Shown in pieces: positions 59,692-64,000 of a stretch of DNA of 64,000 nucleotides; within the stretch, counting starts at the first letter, position 1, and every line of letters starts with the position of its first letter. Source of the stretch: Kofleriaceae bacterium (lineage in GTDB: Bacteria; Myxococcota_A; Polyangia; Haliangiales; Haliangiaceae); NCBI GenBank assembly GCA_965215005.1, contig CBDCCZ010000044.1:32001-96000 (forward strand), in the 5' to 3' direction. A model generated the notes under the pieces. The model ran no database searches, was not told the DNA's origin, and worked only from the letters and a program-made list of their open reading frames with translations. A program made the translations under genes and the position numbers.

Positions 59692-62600
59692 TCAAGGCAC
59701 GAGCAGCTGGAGGAATGGGATGCCTTCGGCCCCGCTCGTGATCAGCCCGCCGCCGAGTCGAGCGTAGAGTGCGACGAGGGGAGAGCCTTCGTTGGCGACC
59801 GCCTCCAATGCTGAAAGTACCGCCGCGGTATCGTCTTCGTTGCGTGCGCGGAGCAGCAGTGCACCGGTAGCGACAATGCGGCGCATCGCCTGTCGCTCCG
59901 AGCCACGGAGGCGGGCGCCGAGCTCCGCTGGTGATTGCGTGGCTGCCCAGGCAGCCGCGAGTGCGGGCAACATGGCCGCGCGAACATCGTGCGAGGGGTC
60001 ATCGACGAGCGGCTCGAGGAGCGCGACCGCAGCGGCAGGATGGTGCTCGAGTAGGCCAACTGTCGACGCGGCGGCGCGAGCGCGACGCTCTTCGGAGCGC
60101 GAGGCGAGCGCTTCTGCCAACACGGCGCTCACCGCTTCTGGCTCGCCGACCCGCGCCATGGTCGTCATTGCGGTGGTGCTGATGCCTGGATCGGCATCGC
60201 GCATCGCGAGCGTGAGCGCCCGGTCGCGCTCCGCCGGCTCGAGCTCGCGTGCATCACCGAGACGAGCCAGCGCTTGCCGTCGCACCGCCGGATCGACATC
60301 GCTGAGGGCCGCTTGAACTGCGTTGCTGGTGCCGATTCCTGCGGCCAAGGCTGCATCGATAGCGGCGATTCGCACCCGCGGCGACGCATCGGTGACGGCC
60401 ATATCGATCAGCGCGGTGCTCTCGATAGCCTGTGCGGTAGAGATCAGAACCAGTTTCTCGGCCTCATCGGCGCGATCGAAGGCGGCGACGAGCACTTTCT
60501 TGGCTGCGGCGGGAGCCGATGGACCCACTCCGGCGAGCGCCCGAGTGGCGATCAGACGAACGGCGCGATCATCGTCGCGCGCGAGGTTGATGGTGGTCTC
60601 GATAATCTGGTCCGTCGGCTTTCCGTCGCCGCCGAGGTGGCTAGCCAGCACCCGTGCTGCTTCGGCGCGAATGTCCACGTCCACGTCTTGACTGAGGCGA
60701 GTGGCCACCGCGATCGCCGCGTCGGCTTCGCCAGGATGGTCCGCGACGCATTCGATGATCCGCTGTCGCACCTGATTGAACTTGCTCGATGTCGCCGCCA
60801 CCAGCTCGCGGATCGACGGCGAGTGGTTCGCGACTAGACCGCGACATAGTCCTGCGACAGCCGCTTCTTGCAGATCGTCGTCGTCCTCGCGAGCGGCCGA
60901 ACGAAGATAGCTAAACACCGGCGCCGGACTGGTCCGGGCGATTTCCGCGAATGCTTCCGTGGCATAACGCTTGGGCCGGCCGTCGCGCTTCCAGAGCTGG
61001 CGGATCCCGCCGATTGCAGCGCCGACGTTGCCACCGGCTTCGATGCTGTTTGCGAGCCCATACGCCGCGCCAACCGCTACATCGAGGCGCTCGGTTTTGA
61101 TCATTTTATTGAGCTCGTTTTGCGAGCCTCGCCCGGTGTGTCCATAGGCGCGTGCCGCCGCGGCGCGCACTGCAGGAGTATCATCTTTGAGAAGTGCTTC
61201 GAGCGCCGGCCGGGCAGCGCGATCCTTGCGCTGAGCGATCTCACCCCACGCTAGTGCGATGGCTTCGCGCAGCTCGGGACTCAGCTGACCTTGTAGCAAC
61301 ACGATCTGCTCCGCAGCTTTCTGCGGCGCGAGCCGCGCATACAGCGGCAGTGCCGCCGCGCGAACCGCCTCGACTTTGGCTTTCCATGCACGGCTTATCG
61401 AACGAGTGAATTGCTTTGCGAGCGCGCCTACCAGCTCCGTTGAGAGGTTCTCGTACAGCATGCGCAGCGCCGCAACTCGGTCTTCGGTAGCCGCCGTTGC
61501 GGTTTCGGCTAAGGTCGCGGCGGCGACGCTCGCGGCTTGCGGATCTGTTGCGAACGCCCGTCTCAGCAGCGCGTGAGCTTTTTGTCGCGTAGGGGCTGCG
61601 ACGTCTTCGTTGCCAAGCACCGAAACCGCCGATTCGGCGGACGGGGCGGCTTCATCGGTGTCCGCGGCAACGATGGCCAAGAGCTCGCGACGGGCTGCTG
61701 GATTGGGATCCGTTGCCAATGCATCGCGATAGAGCTGCCGCGCGAGGTCTTCTTGCAACCCTCGCACGGCGGAAAACGCGATGCGACGCAGCTCGTTATC
61801 GGTAGACGTGAGAGCCTCTGCGAGGGTGTCGTGATACGCATCTCCACGGCGCCGAGCGGATGACGCGGCGACTCGCAATGCTGCGGCTTGGACTGCAGGA
61901 GAGGCGTCACTCAACGCAGCTTCGACCAGCTCCACCTCTTCGGGGCCGCCGCGGGCGAGCGGCTCGAGTCGCTCGAGTAGCGTGATCATGTCGCCGGGGC
62001 CTTGCACCATTTTACGCAGCCCCGCGATTTCGGTGGGAGCACCGGTGATCGCGTAGGCGATGAGGCCTGCCAACTCATCATCGAGTGCCGCCAACGCAAT
62101 AGCGGCGTAGCCCTCCGCTCGGTCTCCATTGAGGTCGTGCGATGCCACCGCTCGCCACACGTCGGCTTCGACCATGGGATGGGTAAAGCCGGTGTCGGCG
62201 ATCATCGAGCCAAAGGAGGGACTCGCTGGTAGCCAGTGAAACACCGATAAAGCCGGCTTTCCAGCCCGAACTACGAGCCGCTGATCGGCTGCTGGCCCCG
62301 CAACATCAAGATAGAAGCTCCTTGCGAGGACGATGTACACCACCACCAACGAAATGAGCGGGACGGCGACGGCGACGGCGGCAATGATGGTGAAGAAGCG
62401 CCGCGTGCGCTCGATGACCGTCCGCTCTTCCGGCGTGGAGGGGGCGATGTTTTCGCGGCGTAGCGCCCACCACTCGCGCAGCGATAGCCGCGAGCTTTCG
62501 GCCGCTTTGGAACCGAGCAGCTCGAACGCGCGGCGCGCTGCGACCCGCGCCGGCGCCGCGATCTCGCGAACGCGCGGGATCAGGATCTCATGGCTCAACG

Positions 62601-63645
62601 CATAGTGGGTTTGTGAGTCGTCACTGGTGCCAGTCACTGGGACGACGAGCCCCTTGTCGGCGAACACCTCGAAGGCGCGCCGTGCAAACGCTGGATCGAT
62701 GCTTACTCGGCTCGCTGCCCATTCGGGGGCGTAGGCCACTGGCGCCGGATGCGACGCGAGCTCGGCGATGAGTCGCAGCGCGGTGCGTTCACTGCCGGTT
62801 GCGGCAGCCGCACCGGTGATCCACGCGCGGACGAGCTCGAGCGCTCCGCCGATCGCTTCAAGGCCTGCCAGCGTGGTGATCTGCAGCTCGCGGAGCGCCA
62901 TTGCGCTCATCTGGACGTCTGCAGGAAGAACGCCGCGAGCGCCCTGGTCGAGCTCTCGAGCGACCACGGTGGCAAGCTTTGGATCCGCGGCTATCAGCGC
63001 GACTGCTAACGTTCGCTCTAGCACCGAGGAGGCGGTGGCAAGGTCGAAGCGCTGCAGCTCGTACCGGGCGGGTGGGGGAAATAGCGAACCGGTGCGACGT
63101 TCGAGAGCTCCGAAGAGATGCACGCGCTCACTAGCGCAGCTGAACAGGAAGCGGGCGCGACCGCCGGAGCGCGTGACGACGCGGGCGAATAAATCGCCAA
63201 TCTCGCCGATCACCGGATCGTCGCCGCGCGCGAACACCACATCGACTTCATCGAGGATGAACACGTAGAGCTGGCCCGGCAGCGCTTGCCCGACCACGCG
63301 CGCCAGAAATGTCATCGGGTGCTCACCAGGATCGGGCGCCAGGCCAGTGGCTGTCGCAAGGGCGTGGGTGAAGGAATCGATGGGGCGAGTAACGTCTTCG
63401 CAGAACAGCGCCATGACGCCGTGGTCGCGCAGATGCGGTACCAAGCCCGCGCGTAGTAGCGACGTCTTGCCGACGCCGGGCTCACCATAAAGGAGACCCG
63501 CTCGGAAGCCATCGCCCGTTACAAGCTCGGCGAGCTGATCGCGCTCGCGATCGCGACCGAGGAGCACGTCTCGCTCGGACTCGACAAAGGCGCTCAGCCC
63601 GCGGAGCGGAGTCACCGTCCCCGGATAGGTCGCGACTGCCGGCAC
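59692..63645 (-). CDS. P-loop (STAND-like) ATPase - TM - HEAT repeat protein
   Basis: LLGRDRE, GEPGVGKTS, FILDEVD; TM FFTIIAAVAVAVPLISLVVVYIVLA; many LxDxxxxVRxxA repeats. Confidence 0.85.
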   Translation of the reverse strand: MPAVATYPGTVTPLRGLSAFVESERDVLLGRDRERDQLAELVTGDGFRAGLLYGEPGVGKTSLLRAGLVPHLRDHGVMALFCEDVTRPIDSFTHALATATGLAPDPGEHPMTFLARVVGQALPGQLYVFILDEVDVVFARGDDPVIGEIGDLFARVVTRSGGRARFLFSCASERVHLFGALERRTGSLFPPPARYELQRFDLATASSVLERTLAVALIAADPKLATVVARELDQGARGVLPADVQMSAMALRELQITTLAGLEAIGGALELVRAWITGAAAATGSERTALRLIAELASHPAPVAYAPEWAASRVSIDPAFARRAFEVFADKGLVVPVTGTSDDSQTHYALSHEILIPRVREIAAPARVAARRAFELLGSKAAESSRLSLREWWALRRENIAPSTPEERTVIERTRRFFTIIAAVAVAVPLISLVVVYIVLARSFYLDVAGPAADQRLVVRAGKPALSVFHWLPASPSFGSMIADTGFTHPMVEADVWRAVASHDLNGDRAEGYAAIALAALDDELAGLIAYAITGAPTEIAGLRKMVQGPGDMITLLERLEPLARGGPEEVELVEAALSDASPAVQAAALRVAASSARRRGDAYHDTLAEALTSTDNELRRIAFSAVRGLQEDLARQLYRDALATDPNPAARRELLAIVAADTDEAAPSAESAVSVLGNEDVAAPTRQKAHALLRRAFATDPQAASVAAATLAETATAATEDRVAALRMLYENLSTELVGALAKQFTRSISRAWKAKVEAVRAAALPLYARLAPQKAAEQIVLLQGQLSPELREAIALAWGEIAQRKDRAARPALEALLKDDTPAVRAAAARAYGHTGRGSQNELNKMIKTERLDVAVGAAYGLANSIEAGGNVGAAIGGIRQLWKRDGRPKRYATEAFAEIARTSPAPVFSYLRSAAREDDDDLQEAAVAGLCRGLVANHSPSIRELVAATSSKFNQVRQRIIECVADHPGEADAAIAVATRLSQDVDVDIRAEAARVLASHLGGDGKPTDQIIETTINLARDDDRAVRLIATRALAGVGPSAPAAAKKVLVAAFDRADEAEKLVLISTAQAIESTALIDMAVTDASPRVRIAAIDAALAAGIGTSNAVQAALSDVDPAVRRQALARLGDARELEPAERDRALTLAMRDADPGISTTAMTTMARVGEPEAVSAVLAEALASRSEERRARAAASTVGLLEHHPAAAVALLEPLVDDPSHDVRAAMLPALAAAWAATQSPAELGARLRGSERQAMRRIVATGALLLRARNEDDTAAVLSALEAVANEGSPLVALYARLGGGLITSGAEGIPFLQLLVP

Positions 63646-63789
63646 CCTGAGACTATATCCTATAAAAGGTGGCGCGCCGGGTCGTGGGGCGCCCGCGACA
63701 GCTGGCCTGCGATCGCAGGCGGCACCGTCATCGCAGGGTACTCGCCGAGGATGTAGTATCCCGATCGAGCACTCTGTAGAGGAATCCGC

Positions 63790-64000
63790 GTGGGCACCGA
63801 GGTCGCTATCGAAGTCTCCGAGCTAACGGTTCATTACGGCCGACGCGTCGCCGTGAATCGCCTGAGCGTGAAGATCGCGCGCGGCGAGATCGTGGCGCTC
63901 CTGGGCCCCAATGGCGCCGGCAAGAGCACCTCGCTCCTCACCATGGCGGGTGCGCTGGTTCCATCCCACGGCACAGTTCGCGTTGCTGGCGCCGACCTCG
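63790..64000 (+). CDS. ABC transporter ATP-binding protein (5' part, runs off window)
   Basis: GTG 63790 after AGAGGA; IEVSELTVHYG...GEIVALLGPNGAGKST. Confidence 0.88.
   Translation, partial: MGTEVAIEVSELTVHYGRRVAVNRLSVKIARGEIVALLGPNGAGKSTSLLTMAGALVPSHGTVRVAGADL

Overview
High-GC chromosomal window with about 50 genes and no prophage, IS, CRISPR, rRNA or tRNA that I can support. The Ser/Thr kinases, FHA-sigma54 activator, TSP3 and PEGA proteins and many lipoproteins point to a Myxococcota (myxobacterial) genome; this is inference. Recognisable genes are cysK, ettA, pruA, speA, a HelD-like ATPase, TPP riboswitch + thiC, ligA, boxR-boxC-boxB, ppa, fdhD and queF. Three signals are not explained by the ORF track. 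(1) A multi-helix, independently terminated + strand RNA at about 59180-59480, in which an 8-nt Shine-Dalgarno drives a 15-aa micro-ORF and can be sequestered by an internal anti-SD. (2) A leaderless-mRNA signature (TAnnnT, 6-7 nt, start codon) before at least nine unrelated genes. (3) A small lipoprotein built of Met/Asp-rich NPCGG repeats. Also notable: a membrane-anchored STAND-like ATPase/HEAT protein, an ATP-grasp/CocE pair, a TetR-linked diiron oxygenase cluster, and one frameshifted gene. All calls come from reading motifs by eye; no database searches were run.
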